From NCBI GenBank assembly GCA_045637945.1, contig JAZUAI010000030.1, forward strand, positions 1 through 53,710: a DNA stretch of 53,710 bases, read 5' to 3'. Position 1 is the stretch's first letter; each line of letters opens with the position of its first letter. This DNA is from Clostridia bacterium. GTDB taxonomy: Bacteria > Bacillota > Clostridia > Christensenellales > UBA1242. The notes below the pieces were generated by a model. It was given only the letters and a program-made list of their open reading frames with translations, was not told the DNA's origin and made no database searches. A program made the translations under genes and the position numbers. Below, in pieces: positions 1 through 9,476 of this stretch.

Positions 1-73
1 TAACGAAGTTATAATTTACAAATGATTGCTCCTAACAATTATTATTTAATAATTACCCAATTTTATAAAAGGT

Positions 74-421
74 TTAGTTACCTTTAACTTGTGCTACAAG
101 GTTTGCAAATGCAACCTTGTCATTAACAGCCATATCAGCCAAAATTTTACGGTTAAGGCTAATATTGTTAACTTTTAAGCCATTGATAAATTTGCTGTAG
201 CTAACACCATTGATTCTGCAAGCAGCATTGATTCTTGCAATCCATAATGTTCTCATATCTCTTTTTCTTAATCTTCTTCCGATATAAGCATATTTTTGTG
301 CTTTCATAACAGCTTGGTTAGCAACTCTAACTAATTTGCTTCTGCTACCCCAGTAACCTTTTGCTTGTTTTAAAATAGCTTTTTTATGTTTATTTTTATT
401 AACTGCTCTTTTGATTCTCAT
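74..421 (-). CDS. rplT: 50S ribosomal protein bL20
   Basis: 115-aa [31 protein letters not shown] is the bL20 N-terminal signature. Last gene of the infC-rpmI-rplT order. Confidence 0.95.
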   Translation of the reverse strand: MRIKRAVNKNKHKKAILKQAKGYWGSRSKLVRVANQAVMKAQKYAYIGRRLRKRDMRTLWIARINAACRINGVSYSKFINGLKVNNISLNRKILADMAVNDKVAFANLVAQVKGN

Positions 422-439
422 AACTCTCTGTCTCCTTTA

Positions 440-634
440 TTAACCTTGAACCATTTGTCTAATGGTTTTGCTTTGTGCACTGCTTACATAAGCAGACTTT
501 CTTAAACTTCTTTTTGTTCCTGTTGTCTTTTTAGTAAGAATATGTCTTCTTCCTTGTTGTGATCTTTTAATAATACCAGATTTTTTTACTGAAAATCTTT
601 TCTTTGCTGCACTATTTGTTTTTTGTTTTGGCAT
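440..634 (-). CDS. rpmI: 50S ribosomal protein bL35
   Basis: 64-aa very basic ORF ([14 protein letters not shown]...) lying between infC and rplT. Confidence 0.93.
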   Translation of the reverse strand: MPKQKTNSAAKKRFSVKKSGIIKRSQQGRRHILTKKTTGTKRSLRKSAYVSSAQSKTIRQMVQG

Positions 635-653
635 AAAATTTCTTCTCCTTAAA

Positions 654-1166
654 TTATTTTGTTTTTATTGGGGCTAACACCATAAAAATGTTTCTTCCCA
701 TAATTTCAGGTGCTTTTTCTATTACCCCGAAATCTTTAACAACTTCAAAAAATGTGTTCATAACTTCAATTCCTATTTCAGGTCTTGCTTGTTGACGTCC
801 TTTCATTCTTATAGTAACTTTTACTTTATCGCCACTTGATAAGAATTTTTGAGCATGTTTAGCTTTTACTTCAATATCATGCTTTTCTATTGTCATTGAA
901 AGTTGAATTTCTTTTATATCAACTGTTTTTTGAGCTTTTCTTTGTTCCTTTAATTTCTTTGCTTGGTCAAATTTAAATTTGCCATAGTCAATGATTTTGC
1001 AAACCGGTGGTTCTGCATTTGGAGACATTAAAACTAAATCTAAGTTTTGTTCTTCAGCAATGGCAAGAGCCTCCCTGCTTGACATTATACCAAGTTGCTC
1101 ATTGTTTGAACCAATAAGTCTAACTTTTGGTAAATTGATTTCTTCATTCAAAAGTTGATTTTTAAT
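654..1166 (-). CDS. infC: Translation initiation factor IF-3, probable ATT start
   Basis: IF-3 motifs [13 protein letters not shown] and [14 protein letters not shown]. The ORF track starts at TTG 1151, but an in-frame ATT (1166-1164) lies 9 nt after GGGAGG (1176-1181). An in-frame TAA (1175-1173) prevents further extension. With ATT the N-terminus ([19 protein letters not shown]) matches the length of B. subtilis IF-3. Confidence 0.9.
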   Translation of the reverse strand: MKNQLLNEEINLPKVRLIGSNNEQLGIMSSREALAIAEEQNLDLVLMSPNAEPPVCKIIDYGKFKFDQAKKLKEQRKAQKTVDIKEIQLSMTIEKHDIEVKAKHAQKFLSSGDKVKVTIRMKGRQQARPEIGIEVMNTFFEVVKDFGVIEKAPEIMGRNIFMVLAPIKTK

Positions 1167-1340
1167 AGTAATTTACCTCCCTATTACAAAAAAATTAAAT
1201 CAATCTCAACTCACCTTTTTTATATAAAAAATAAAAGTGAGCACAAAGATAGCCCACTTTTAACAATCATAAATAAATAATCGCTAACAACCAATTAAGT
1301 AAACTTAAAAAGGTGAGAAGTGGAAACTTCTTCTTTGAAT
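1167..1340 (-). promoter_or_regulatory. infC-rpmI-rplT leader with terminator/antiterminator alternative (L20-leader-like attenuator)
   Basis: About 170-nt 5' UTR. A hairpin, CUCACUUUUAUUUUUU/AAAAAAGGUGAG (plus coordinates 1210-1241), is followed by a U-rich tract. An upstream copy of CUCACCUUUUU (about 1305-1316) could pair with the same AAAAAGGUGAG instead. B. subtilis controls this operon by L20-dependent attenuation. Confidence 0.5.
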
Positions 1341-1346
1341 GCACTT

Positions 1347-1375
1347 ATAATACCATGAGTTATATGTTTTGTCAA
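1347..1375 (-). promoter_or_regulatory. SigmaA-type promoter of infC operon
   Basis: TTGACA-17 nt-TATTAT on the minus strand. Confidence 0.6.
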
Positions 1376-1445
1376 CATCTTTTTACAAGGTTTTTATTCT
1401 TTATTTATACTACTTGTTATTAATAAAAATCACATTTTTTATTTA

Positions 1446-1474
1446 TTGACAAAGCATATTTTAAAGAGTAATAT
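1446..1474 (+). promoter_or_regulatory. SigmaA-type promoter of the 59-codon ORF
   Basis: TTGACA-17 nt-TAATAT. Divergent from the infC promoter. Confidence 0.55.
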
Positions 1475-1528
1475 ATACCCGAAAAATCAATAAAAATATT
1501 ACTAAATTTAACAAAAAGGAAAATAATT

Positions 1529-1708
1529 ATGACTGACCAAGAATTTGAATCTTTAGTTACTGGAGAAACTCAACAAACAACCTTTAATATTAGTGAAAAT
1601 GAGGCTTACGAACTACAAAATGATGTAATGCATGGTGGTTTAGCTTATGGCAGTGCTTTTAATGGTATGTATGAAGGCGCTGATGTTGAACAATTTCCTG
1701 CTGACTAG
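1529..1708 (+). CDS. Hypothetical small acidic protein (59 aa), absent from the ORF track
   Basis: ATG 1529 is preceded by AAGGA. The translation is MTDQEFESLVTGETQQTTFNISENEAYELQNDVMHGGLAYGSAFNGMYEGADVEQFPAD, ending at TAG 1706-1708. It has its own TTGACA-17-TAATAT promoter and ends at a hairpin terminator shared with thrS. No family recognised. Confidence 0.45.
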   Translation: MTDQEFESLVTGETQQTTFNISENEAYELQNDVMHGGLAYGSAFNGMYEGADVEQFPAD

Positions 1709-1718
1709 TTAAATAAAT

Positions 1719-1759
1719 TAAAAAAAAAAAAGGGATTTCACTTCCCTTTCTTTTTTTTG
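1719..1759. terminator. Bidirectional intrinsic terminator (thrS / small ORF)
   Basis: A-run, then AAGGGA-loop-TCCCTT, then a T-run. Lies between the convergent stops at 1708 and 1760. Confidence 0.8.
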
Positions 1760-3517
1760 TTAAAACATTTTTCTTGTTTCTTTTTCAACTAAAAGTTCTT
1801 TAATAAAGTCTTCTAATTTTTGAGCACCTAAATCACCTTGAGTTCTACTTCTAACACAAACAGTGTTGTTTTCTTTTTCTTGGTCACCCAAAATGATCAT
1901 ATATGGGATTTTTTGCAATTGAGCTTCTCTAATTTTCTTACCAATTTTTTCATTTCTGTCATCAAGTTCAACTCTAAAACCATATTCTTTAAGCTTTTGG
2001 CAAACTTCATTTGCATAGCCTAAAACATTATCATTAATGTTCATAACTTTAAGTTGAACTGGTGCAAGCCATAATGGAAATGCTCCTGCATATTTTTCAA
2101 TTAAGTAAGCAAGAGTTCTTTCATAGCAACCGATACTTGTTCTATGAATAATATAAGGATGTTTTCTACTGCCATCTTTGTCTGTATATTCCATACCAAA
2201 TTTTTCAGCAAGCATTTGGTCAATTTGAATTGTAATTAAAGTATCTTCTTTACCCCAAACATTTTTAATTTGAATATCAAGTTTTGGGCCATAGAAAGCA
2301 GCTTCTCCAATACCAACTTTATAAGGAACATTAAGTTTATTTAAGATTTTTTCCATCTTTGATTGAGCTTCAGCCCATTGTTCGTCTGATCCAATATACT
2401 TTTCTTTATTATCTGGGTCCCATTGTGAAAATCTAAAAGAAGCATCTTCATAAAGACCTAAAGTTTTTAACATAAAGTTGCAAAGTTCTAAGCAACTTTT
2501 AAATTCTTCTTCAAGTTGTTCTGGAGTGCACATTAAGTGACCTTCAGAAATTGTAAATTGTCTTAATCTAATAAGACCATGCATTTCACCACTAGATTCA
2601 TTTCTGAAAAGAGTTGAAGTTTCATCATATCTTATAGGCAAATCTTTGTATGATCTTGATTTGTTTAAATAAGCTTGATATTGGAAAGGACATGTCATTG
2701 GTCTTAATGCAAAAACTTCTCTATCCTTTTCTTCATCACCCAAAACAAACATACCATCTTTGTAGTGATCCCAGTGACCTGAAATTTTATATAAATCACT
2801 TTTTGCCATAAATGGTGTTTTTGTAATTTGCCAACCGCGTTTTTCTTCTTCATCTTCTACAAATCTTTGCAAAATTTGAATAATTTTAGCACCTTTTGGC
2901 AATAAAATTGGTAAGCCTTGACCAACACTATCAACTGTTGTAAATAGTTCAAGTTCCCTTCCAAGTTTGTTATGGTCTCTTTTTAAAGCATCTTCAATTT
3001 TTGAAATATGAGATTTTAAAGCCTCATCATTTTCAAAACCATAAACGTAGACTCTTTGCAACATTTTATTTTTTTCATCGCCTCTCCAGTAAGCACCACT
3101 AACTCTATGAATTTTGAAAGCAAAATTTCTTAATTCTTTTGTACTTGCTACGTGAGGGCCACGACACAAATCATACCAATCTTCACCTAAATAATAAAGA
3201 GATACTTCTTCTCCTTCTGGTAAGTTAGTAATAAGATCAAGTTTAAAAATATTGTCATGGAACATCTCCAAGGCTTGTTGTCTTGATACAACAACTTTTT
3301 TAAATTCTTGATTTTGTGCAATTATTTTTTTCATTTCTTTTTCAATTTTGTTAAAAACTTCAGGTGTAATACTTTCGTTAATATCAAAATCATAATAAAA
3401 ACCATCGTCAATTGCAGGTCCGATAGCATTTTTTGAGCCAGCAAATATTTTATTTACTGCTTTTGCTAATACATGGCTACAACTATGCCTTAGCATTTCT
3501 AATTCTTTTTCTTCCAT
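1760..3517 (-). CDS. thrS: Threonyl-tRNA synthetase (no TGS domain)
   Basis: 585 aa. Starts directly at the editing-domain HxxxH region (LRHSCSHVLAKAV). Class II core and anticodon-binding domain are present. Preceded by a T-box leader. Confidence 0.93.
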   Translation of the reverse strand: MEEKELEMLRHSCSHVLAKAVNKIFAGSKNAIGPAIDDGFYYDFDINESITPEVFNKIEKEMKKIIAQNQEFKKVVVSRQQALEMFHDNIFKLDLITNLPEGEEVSLYYLGEDWYDLCRGPHVASTKELRNFAFKIHRVSGAYWRGDEKNKMLQRVYVYGFENDEALKSHISKIEDALKRDHNKLGRELELFTTVDSVGQGLPILLPKGAKIIQILQRFVEDEEEKRGWQITKTPFMAKSDLYKISGHWDHYKDGMFVLGDEEKDREVFALRPMTCPFQYQAYLNKSRSYKDLPIRYDETSTLFRNESSGEMHGLIRLRQFTISEGHLMCTPEQLEEEFKSCLELCNFMLKTLGLYEDASFRFSQWDPDNKEKYIGSDEQWAEAQSKMEKILNKLNVPYKVGIGEAAFYGPKLDIQIKNVWGKEDTLITIQIDQMLAEKFGMEYTDKDGSRKHPYIIHRTSIGCYERTLAYLIEKYAGAFPLWLAPVQLKVMNINDNVLGYANEVCQKLKEYGFRVELDDRNEKIGKKIREAQLQKIPYMIILGDQEKENNTVCVRSRTQGDLGAQKLEDFIKELLVEKETRKMF

Positions 3518-3544
3518 TTTTCTATTCTCCCATTTTTTAACATT

Positions 3545-3827
3545 TCGTTGACTTTTAGGCTTTTAAAATAAAAAAAGCCCTTTGACAACAAATTTGCCAA
3601 AGGACGAAAAATACTATATTACTTTCCGTGGTTCCACCTTTATTGTTGATTAAAAATAAATCAACCACTTTTAAAAGTTTTTTTACTTTAAACTTTTCAC
3701 AAAAAAGCATAGAGCAAAAGTGGTTTCACATTGATATTGAAACTTTTACGCAACTTCCACCAAAATGTTGCCTTCTCTGGTAAAGCCAAAAATCAAGCTA
3801 CTTGTCTTATGTTTTACTATGATTTAC
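3545..3827 (-). promoter_or_regulatory. T-box leader (riboswitch) of thrS, candidate specifier ACC (Thr)
   Basis: On the minus strand: AGAGA box, GGUGGAA distal loop, and UGAA-ACC-A (ACC = plus 3722-3724). The T-box core AAAGGUGGAACCACGG (plus 3626-3638) overlaps the 5' side of the terminator CCUUUGGCA...UGUCAAAGGGCUUUUUUU (plus 3566-3606). Confidence 0.85.
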
Positions 3828-3833
3828 TTTTTC

Positions 3834-3862
3834 ATTATATTATTATGATTTAATAAAGTCAA
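3834..3862 (-). promoter_or_regulatory. SigmaA-type promoter of thrS T-box leader
   Basis: TTGACT-17 nt-TATAAT on the minus strand. Confidence 0.6.
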
Positions 3863-3886
3863 TATCTTTTTTTGTCAAATATTTTT

Positions 3887-4636
3887 TTATTTTGAGATTT
3901 GAACTCTATGCGAAAATAAATCATACAAAGTTTTTATTAATTTATCTTTAATATTATTATTGCAATGAAAAACTATTCTCTCAGGGTTTAAGGCAACTAA
4001 ACTAGTTAACAAATTACTATCATCATAAATAATGTTTTTATCAATTAAAAAATCTTCTATTCCCTCACCTTCTTTATTACAAAGAAAATAGCAGTCCTTT
4101 TTTGAAAATATATTAACAGTGCAATATCTATATTCTAAATTACTTATTAAAAATTTTATAAGCTCTAAAAAAGTATCTTTACTTAACAAATACATCTCAT
4201 TATCGTTTGCAAGACTAACAAGTTCGTTCCATTTTCTTTTTAAAAAACTTAATCTAAAGTTTACAAATGAATTTATTATTAAATTACTGTCAAACTTTAA
4301 CCTTTCTAAAATAATTTCTTTATCAATGTCGCTATCAAAAACTATTAAAGCTTTTAAAAAAATTTGCATATCTATCGTTTTTGTTATATCAAAATCAACT
4401 TTTGATAAAATATATTCTTTTTTATAAAACAAAAGTATAGTTTCAGCTATTTTTTCTCTTATATAATTATGAAGTTTAAATCTTTCAATTATTGGAACTG
4501 CTATTAAAACTTTAATTTCATTTTGATTTTCTAATAAAGTAACGATCGCATTATTTTTTTTAATTGTTTTAAAAATTTGATTTTTAAAATACTCACTTGA
4601 TATATTATCTTGAAAAACTATGCAATATTCCCACAT
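3887..4636 (-). CDS. ytxC: YtxC-like (sporulation-associated) protein
   Basis: 249 aa and very AT-rich. It sits immediately upstream of thrS, as ytxC does in Bacillus. The FVNFRLSFLKRKW...FLELIKFL segment resembles the YtxC-like family as I remember it. Confidence 0.55.
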   Translation of the reverse strand: MWEYCIVFQDNISSEYFKNQIFKTIKKNNAIVTLLENQNEIKVLIAVPIIERFKLHNYIREKIAETILLFYKKEYILSKVDFDITKTIDMQIFLKALIVFDSDIDKEIILERLKFDSNLIINSFVNFRLSFLKRKWNELVSLANDNEMYLLSKDTFLELIKFLISNLEYRYCTVNIFSKKDCYFLCNKEGEGIEDFLIDKNIIYDDSNLLTSLVALNPERIVFHCNNNIKDKLIKTLYDLFSHRVQISK

Positions 4637-4726
4637 AAAAATAAATCCTAAAAGTATTTTATGCAGTAAATTTGTTAATACTCTTTATTTTAGTAACTAA
4701 AAATTGTAAAAAATTAGCATAAAACA

Positions 4727-4767
4727 ATAAAAAATAAAAAACCATAACGTTTTTTGTTATGGTTTTT
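4727..4767 (-). terminator. Intrinsic terminator after lysS
   Basis: AAAACCATAAC/GTTATGGTTTT stem followed by a U-run on the minus strand. Confidence 0.8.
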
Positions 4768-4780
4768 ATATTATTTAAAA

Positions 4781-6253
4781 TTATTTCATAAGTGGGAACA
4801 AAACAACGTCTCTTACAGATTCTTGATTTGCTAATAAGCACATAAGTCTATCAACACCAAAACCAAGACCTGAAATTGGAGGCATACCGTGTTCCATAGC
4901 TGTTAAGAAATCTTCATCAAGTTCCATAGCTTCATCGTCACCTTGTTTTCTAGCATTTGCTTGTTCTTCAAGAGCTTCTCTTTGAACAATAGGGTCAACA
5001 AGTTCTGAATAAGCCTTACAAATTTCGTCACCACAAACAAGAACTTGGAACATATCAATAAGACGGTTATCTTTATCGTTTCTTCTTGCTAATGGAACTA
5101 AACATGCTGGATAATTATAAAGAATTGTAGGTTGAACAATATTCTCTCTAATTTTTCTCTTATAAATAAGATCAATTACACCACCAACAGTTTTGCATTG
5201 TTCAAATTCATCCATATTGAACAATTTTGTTTTTGCAACTTTTTCTTTAAGTTCATTAACATCTGTATATTCTAAAATATTGAAGCCTAAAATTTCATTT
5301 ACTCTTTCTGTATAGTTAATTCTCTCAAAGTCTTTTGAAAAATCAAGTTCATAATCTTTAAACTTTAATACTAAATTTCCATCGTTAAGTTCATTAATGG
5401 CTTCTCTAATAAATCTTGTAAAGAATTCAATATTATCTTCAAAATTCCAATATGAAGCATACCACTCAACCATAGTAAATTCTTGTAAGTGGCTTGGATC
5501 CATACCTTCATTTCTAAAGCATTTTGCAACTTCAAAAACTCTATCAAAACCACCAGCAATAACTTGTTTTAAATATACTTCTGGAGCAATTCTTAAATTG
5601 CAAATTTTATTTAATGCATTGTGTTTTGTAAAGAAAGGTTTTGCACTAGCACCACAAACAGCTCCTTGTAAAATTGGAGTTTCAACTTCAATAAAGCCAT
5701 TACCTTCTAAAAATCTTCTCATAAAAGACAAGAATTTGCTTCTTTTTAAGAAAACCTTTCTGCTTTCTTCGTTACTAACCAAATCCATACATCTTTCACG
5801 ATATCTTTGATCCTGATTTGCTAATCCGTGGAATTTTTCTGGCAAAGGCAAAATTGCTTTTGAAAGTAATTTAAATTCATGAGTTCTAACAGTTTTTTCA
5901 CCTGTGTGTGTTGTATATAATTCTCCGGCAACACCAACAAAGTCTCCTGTATCAACCATTGATTTAAAGAAAGCATATGTTTCTTCATCAATTTCATTTC
6001 TGCTTATACTAATTTGCAATCTTGCATTGATATCTTCAATAGAAAAAAAGCTTAACTTACCCATAATTCTTCTAAAAGTAATTCTTCCGCAAACCTTAAC
6101 TTGATTGCCATCTTCCATTGTTTTTGCATCTGCAAGAGTGCATGTTCTATCAAATTTTTCAAAATATGGAATAACACCTTGTTCTTTTAACTTTTTAACT
6201 TTTTCTTTCCTGATGTCAATTTCACTTGATAAATTTTGCACTTTTTCTTCCAT
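4781..6253 (-). CDS. lysS: Lysyl-tRNA synthetase, class II
   Basis: 490 aa. OB-fold N-domain plus class II motifs (FIEVETPIL, CFRNEGMD..EFTMVEWY, GFGVDRL). Confidence 0.93.
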   Translation of the reverse strand: MEEKVQNLSSEIDIRKEKVKKLKEQGVIPYFEKFDRTCTLADAKTMEDGNQVKVCGRITFRRIMGKLSFFSIEDINARLQISISRNEIDEETYAFFKSMVDTGDFVGVAGELYTTHTGEKTVRTHEFKLLSKAILPLPEKFHGLANQDQRYRERCMDLVSNEESRKVFLKRSKFLSFMRRFLEGNGFIEVETPILQGAVCGASAKPFFTKHNALNKICNLRIAPEVYLKQVIAGGFDRVFEVAKCFRNEGMDPSHLQEFTMVEWYASYWNFEDNIEFFTRFIREAINELNDGNLVLKFKDYELDFSKDFERINYTERVNEILGFNILEYTDVNELKEKVAKTKLFNMDEFEQCKTVGGVIDLIYKRKIRENIVQPTILYNYPACLVPLARRNDKDNRLIDMFQVLVCGDEICKAYSELVDPIVQREALEEQANARKQGDDEAMELDEDFLTAMEHGMPPISGLGFGVDRLMCLLANQESVRDVVLFPLMK

Positions 6254-6387
6254 AATAATTCTATTTCCTTTTTAAGTAATTTGCTAAATAACAAAATAAA
6301 AAACTAAAAGTTATATGGCAAAGAAAGCAAGAAAATATATTTGCCTGCTTTCAAACCATAAAATCATTTAGTTTTTTTTAGTAAAAA

Positions 6388-6753
6388 TTAGTCTTTTTTA
6401 TTTTTTTTGTCTATTTTTTGCTTTTCTTCTTCTTCATCCATTAATTTATTGTAAACTTCAAATACTTTATCAATAATTTCAATGTCTGCTACGAGGTTAA
6501 GATAATCATCTTCCTCATCTTCTTCAGCTTCAACAATTTCAAAAACTAAAGCTTCATCATCGCCAATGCCTTCCATTTGTTCCATTGGTTTTAAAATTGC
6601 ATATATGTTTTCTTCAACAGGGATTAAAGCAATTTGTTCAAATTCAACTTTTTCACCTTTTTCGTTAAATAAAACGATTGGATCATTATCATCTTCATCA
6701 AATAAACTATCAATAGGATTTTTGATTTCTTCTTCTTTTACTTCTTCACTCAT
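6388..6753 (-). CDS. DUF1292 (UPF0473, YrzB-like) acidic protein
   Basis: 121 aa and highly acidic. Contains IVLFNEKGEKVEFEQIALIPVEENIYAILKP. Follows ruvX, as yrzB does in Bacillus. Confidence 0.75.
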   Translation of the reverse strand: MSEEVKEEEIKNPIDSLFDEDDNDPIVLFNEKGEKVEFEQIALIPVEENIYAILKPMEQMEGIGDDEALVFEIVEAEEDEEDDYLNLVADIEIIDKVFEVYNKLMDEEEEKQKIDKKNKKD

Positions 6754-6766
6754 TTTAATATCTCCT

Positions 6767-7180
6767 TTATTTTGAATACATATCTAAATAATTTTGTAAA
6801 ATTATTGTAGCCGAAACTTTATCAATAACTTGTTTGCGCTTTTCACGTCGCATATCTGCTTCAATCAACATTCTCTCAGCTGATGCACTAGTTAATCTTT
6901 CATCTAAATATTTAACTGGCAAAGAAGTTCTTTGAGCAAGTAATGATCCAAATTCTCTTGTAACCATTGCTCTTTCACCTTCAGTTCCATCCATATTTAT
7001 TGGCAAACCCAAAATAATTGTGTCAACCTCTTTTTCTTTTACAAGATTTGCAAGGTATTCAATATCTTCTTGCAAGCCTTTACGAGTGTAAGTTTCGTAA
7101 CCATTAGCAATTATGTTTAATAAATCACTAAAAGCAATACCTATTCTTACATCGCCATAATCAAGAGCCATTTTACGCAT
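6767..7180 (-). CDS. ruvX: Putative pre-16S rRNA nuclease / Holliday junction resolvase-like YqgF
   Basis: 137 aa. Contains MALDYGDVRIGIAFSD and DERLTS motifs typical of YqgF. Confidence 0.88.
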   Translation of the reverse strand: MRKMALDYGDVRIGIAFSDLLNIIANGYETYTRKGLQEDIEYLANLVKEKEVDTIILGLPINMDGTEGERAMVTREFGSLLAQRTSLPVKYLDERLTSASAERMLIEADMRREKRKQVIDKVSATIILQNYLDMYSK

Positions 7181-7292
7181 TATTGATTAGTTCCTTTTAA
7201 CGCAAAAGTTCGCTAATATATTATTAACAAGTTTATATTAACACAAACAAATAAAAATTAAAAGCATTTTTAAAAAAAGAGTTAATCTTATT

Positions 7293-7342
7293 TTAAAAAA
7301 AGAGGACACAAATATACTTAATAAATGTGACCTCTTTATTTT
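7293..7342. terminator. Intrinsic terminator after tsf
   Basis: AGAGGACACA/TGTGACCTCT stem flanked by A- and T-runs. Confidence 0.7.
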
Positions 7343-7371
7343 TTATATACCAAAAGTAAATAACTTTAATA

Positions 7372-8022
7372 TTACTTACCGTTAACTTGGCTCATAACTT
7401 CTTCTGCAAAGTTATCTTCTCTCTTTTCTAAGCCTTCACCCATTTCATAACGAGTAAATCTTCTAATAGAGATTTTTTCGCCAATTTTTAATGTTGCTTC
7501 TGTAATCAAATCAGCAATTGTTTTTGATGGATCTTTAACAAATTCTTGTTCCATCAAGCAAACTTCTTTGTAATATTTTTTGATACGACCTTCAACCATT
7601 TTTTCTGCAATATTTGCTGGTTTTCCTTCGTTTTTAGCTTGAGCAATTAAAATTTCTTTTTCTTTGTCGATGTTTTCTTGTGGAACATCTTCAATTTTTA
7701 CAAATTCTGGTTTTGCAGCAGCAATGTGCATAGCAACGTCTTTAATTAAGTTTGCAAAATCTTCGCCTTTTGCAACGAAGTCAGTTTCGCAGTTAATTTC
7801 AACAAGAACACCAATTTTTCCGCCCATATGGATATAACTTCCAACAGCGCCTTCACCAGCAATTCTTGATGCTTTTTTAGCAACTGATGCAATACCTTTT
7901 TCTCTTAAATAAGCAACAGCCTTTTCCATGTCTCCGTCACTTGCTACAAGTGCTTTTTGGCAATCTTGAATACCAGCACCTGTTTTTGCTCTTAATTCTT
8001 TAATATCAGCAGCATTAATCAT
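7372..8022 (-). CDS. tsf: Elongation factor Ts (short form)
   Basis: 216 aa. N-terminal UBA-like motif [19 protein letters not shown]. Lies downstream of rpsB. Confidence 0.93.
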   Translation of the reverse strand: MINAADIKELRAKTGAGIQDCQKALVASDGDMEKAVAYLREKGIASVAKKASRIAGEGAVGSYIHMGGKIGVLVEINCETDFVAKGEDFANLIKDVAMHIAAAKPEFVKIEDVPQENIDKEKEILIAQAKNEGKPANIAEKMVEGRIKKYYKEVCLMEQEFVKDPSKTIADLITEATLKIGEKISIRRFTRYEMGEGLEKREDNFAEEVMSQVNGK

Positions 8023-8069
8023 TTTGTTCTTTCTCCCTTATAAAAATATTTTTTATTTAAATTTAAAAA

Positions 8070-8858
8070 TTAAACTGATTCAGGTTGAACAGAAACTTCT
8101 TGATTGATTGCTTCTGCCATATTTAAGTCTTGAGATTCAGCTTCTTCAGCATTTTCTTCAATATTTCTTAATGAAACGCCTTCTTTTGCTTCAATAACAG
8201 CATCAGCCATAGCGCTTACAATAAGTTTAACAGCTCTGATTGCATCATCATTTGCTGGAATTGGATAATCAACATCATCAGGGTCACAGTTTGTATCAAC
8301 AATACCAACGATAGGAATATTTAATGAACGAGCTTCTTTAATAGCAATATGTTCTTTCTTAGGGTCAACAACAAACATAACACCAGGAAGTTCTGGCATA
8401 TCTTTGATTCCACCTAAAGAGCTTTCAAGTTTTTCTTTTTCTTTTTTAAGTTGTGCAACTTCTTTTTTAGGAAGCAATTCAAATTCACCAACTTGTTCCA
8501 TTTGGTTTAATTTGTTAAGTCTTGCAATTCTTGTTTTAATTGTTTTGAAGTTTGTTAATGTTCCACCTAACCAACGGTTTACAATGTAAAACATTCCACA
8601 TCTTTTTGCATCTTGCTCAATAGCTTCTTGAGCTTGTTTTTTTGTTCCTACGAACAATACGTTTTTGCCACTAGCAACCATATCTCTAATAAAATAGTAT
8701 GCTTTGTCGCAAAGTACTGAAGTATCCTCTAAGTTGATAATATGAATATCATTTCTTGTTGTGAAGATATACTTCTTCATTTTTGGGTTCCATTTATTTG
8801 ATTGATGTCCAAAATGAACCCCTGCCTCTAATAATTGTTTCATTGAAATTACTGGCAT
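8070..8858 (-). CDS. rpsB: 30S ribosomal protein uS2
   Basis: 262 aa. Contains [22 protein letters not shown], the uS2 signature. Confidence 0.95.
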   Translation of the reverse strand: MPVISMKQLLEAGVHFGHQSNKWNPKMKKYIFTTRNDIHIINLEDTSVLCDKAYYFIRDMVASGKNVLFVGTKKQAQEAIEQDAKRCGMFYIVNRWLGGTLTNFKTIKTRIARLNKLNQMEQVGEFELLPKKEVAQLKKEKEKLESSLGGIKDMPELPGVMFVVDPKKEHIAIKEARSLNIPIVGIVDTNCDPDDVDYPIPANDDAIRAVKLIVSAMADAVIEAKEGVSLRNIEENAEEAESQDLNMAEAINQEVSVQPESV

Positions 8859-8989
8859 AAATATAAATTCCTCCTTCTTGTTAATCCTCCCTAAAATCTT
8901 GCAATTGCTTATAAAAAGCCATTGCTAACTACCCTTTTTTTGTTTAAGGGCACAAGAAAAAATTTTAGGTGCGAATTTTAAACTTTGAG

Positions 8990-9018
8990 AGTATATCACA
9001 CAAAAAAAAATTATGCAA
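8990..9018 (-). promoter_or_regulatory. SigmaA-type promoter of rpsB-tsf (about 125-nt leader)
   Basis: TTGCAT-17 nt-TATACT with TG at the extended -10 position. Confidence 0.5.
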
Positions 9019-9062
9019 TACTTTTGCACAATTTTTTCTTGTTAAAATATAGTTAATTTTAA

Positions 9063-9458
9063 TTATTTTTTATTTTGCTTTGCAGCTTTTTTAAGCTCTT
9101 TTTTACGATAATCTTCAACAGCTGCTTGAATAGCTTCTTGAGCTAAAATTGAACAGTGAATTTTTTGAGCTGGAAGTTCACCAAGTTGTTGCATAACATC
9201 TTTGTTTGTTACTTTTAAAGCTTCATCGATTGTTTTGCCTTTAATTAAATCCATTGCAACGTCTGAAGAAGAAATAGCTGCAGCACAACCAAATGTTTGA
9301 AATTTTGCATCAATAATTTTTTCATCTTCAACTTTTAAATATATTTTCATAATATCGCCACAAGTTGGATTTCCTACTTTGCCTACGCCACTAGCACCTT
9401 TAATCATTCCTGAGTTACGTGGGTTTGTAAATCTATCAATAACATTTTCTGAATACAT
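9063..9458 (-). CDS. nifU: Fe-S cluster scaffold protein NifU/IscU type
   Basis: 131 aa. Three conserved Cys contexts: NPTCGD, FGCAAAISS and HCSILA. Confidence 0.9.
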   Translation of the reverse strand: MYSENVIDRFTNPRNSGMIKGASGVGKVGNPTCGDIMKIYLKVEDEKIIDAKFQTFGCAAAISSSDVAMDLIKGKTIDEALKVTNKDVMQQLGELPAQKIHCSILAQEAIQAAVEDYRKKELKKAAKQNKK

Positions 9459-9476
9459 TTTTACTTTCTCCTTTTA

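Noticed and set aside
1529-1708. The small acidic ORF read as a double-glycine bacteriocin or RiPP precursor (…NDVMHGG|LAYGS…).
   Set aside because: - The residues before GG do not fit the LSxxELxxIxGG leader spacing.
- The putative core would be acidic and Cys-free.
- There is no peptidase-domain ABC transporter, immunity gene or modification gene nearby.
4659-4841. 60-aa minus-strand ORF overlapping the lysS 3' end.
   Set aside because: It spans the lysS stop and its intrinsic terminator, and it has no RBS.
5397-5810. 137-aa antisense ORF inside lysS. Similar antisense ORFs occur inside hslU (12492-12851), plsX (31761-32132), smc, topA, ytxC, tyrS and others.
   Set aside because: These are typical shadow ORFs opposite strongly biased coding frames. 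They have no RBS or promoter, their products are hydrophobic and low in complexity, and each is fully contained in a well-supported conserved gene.
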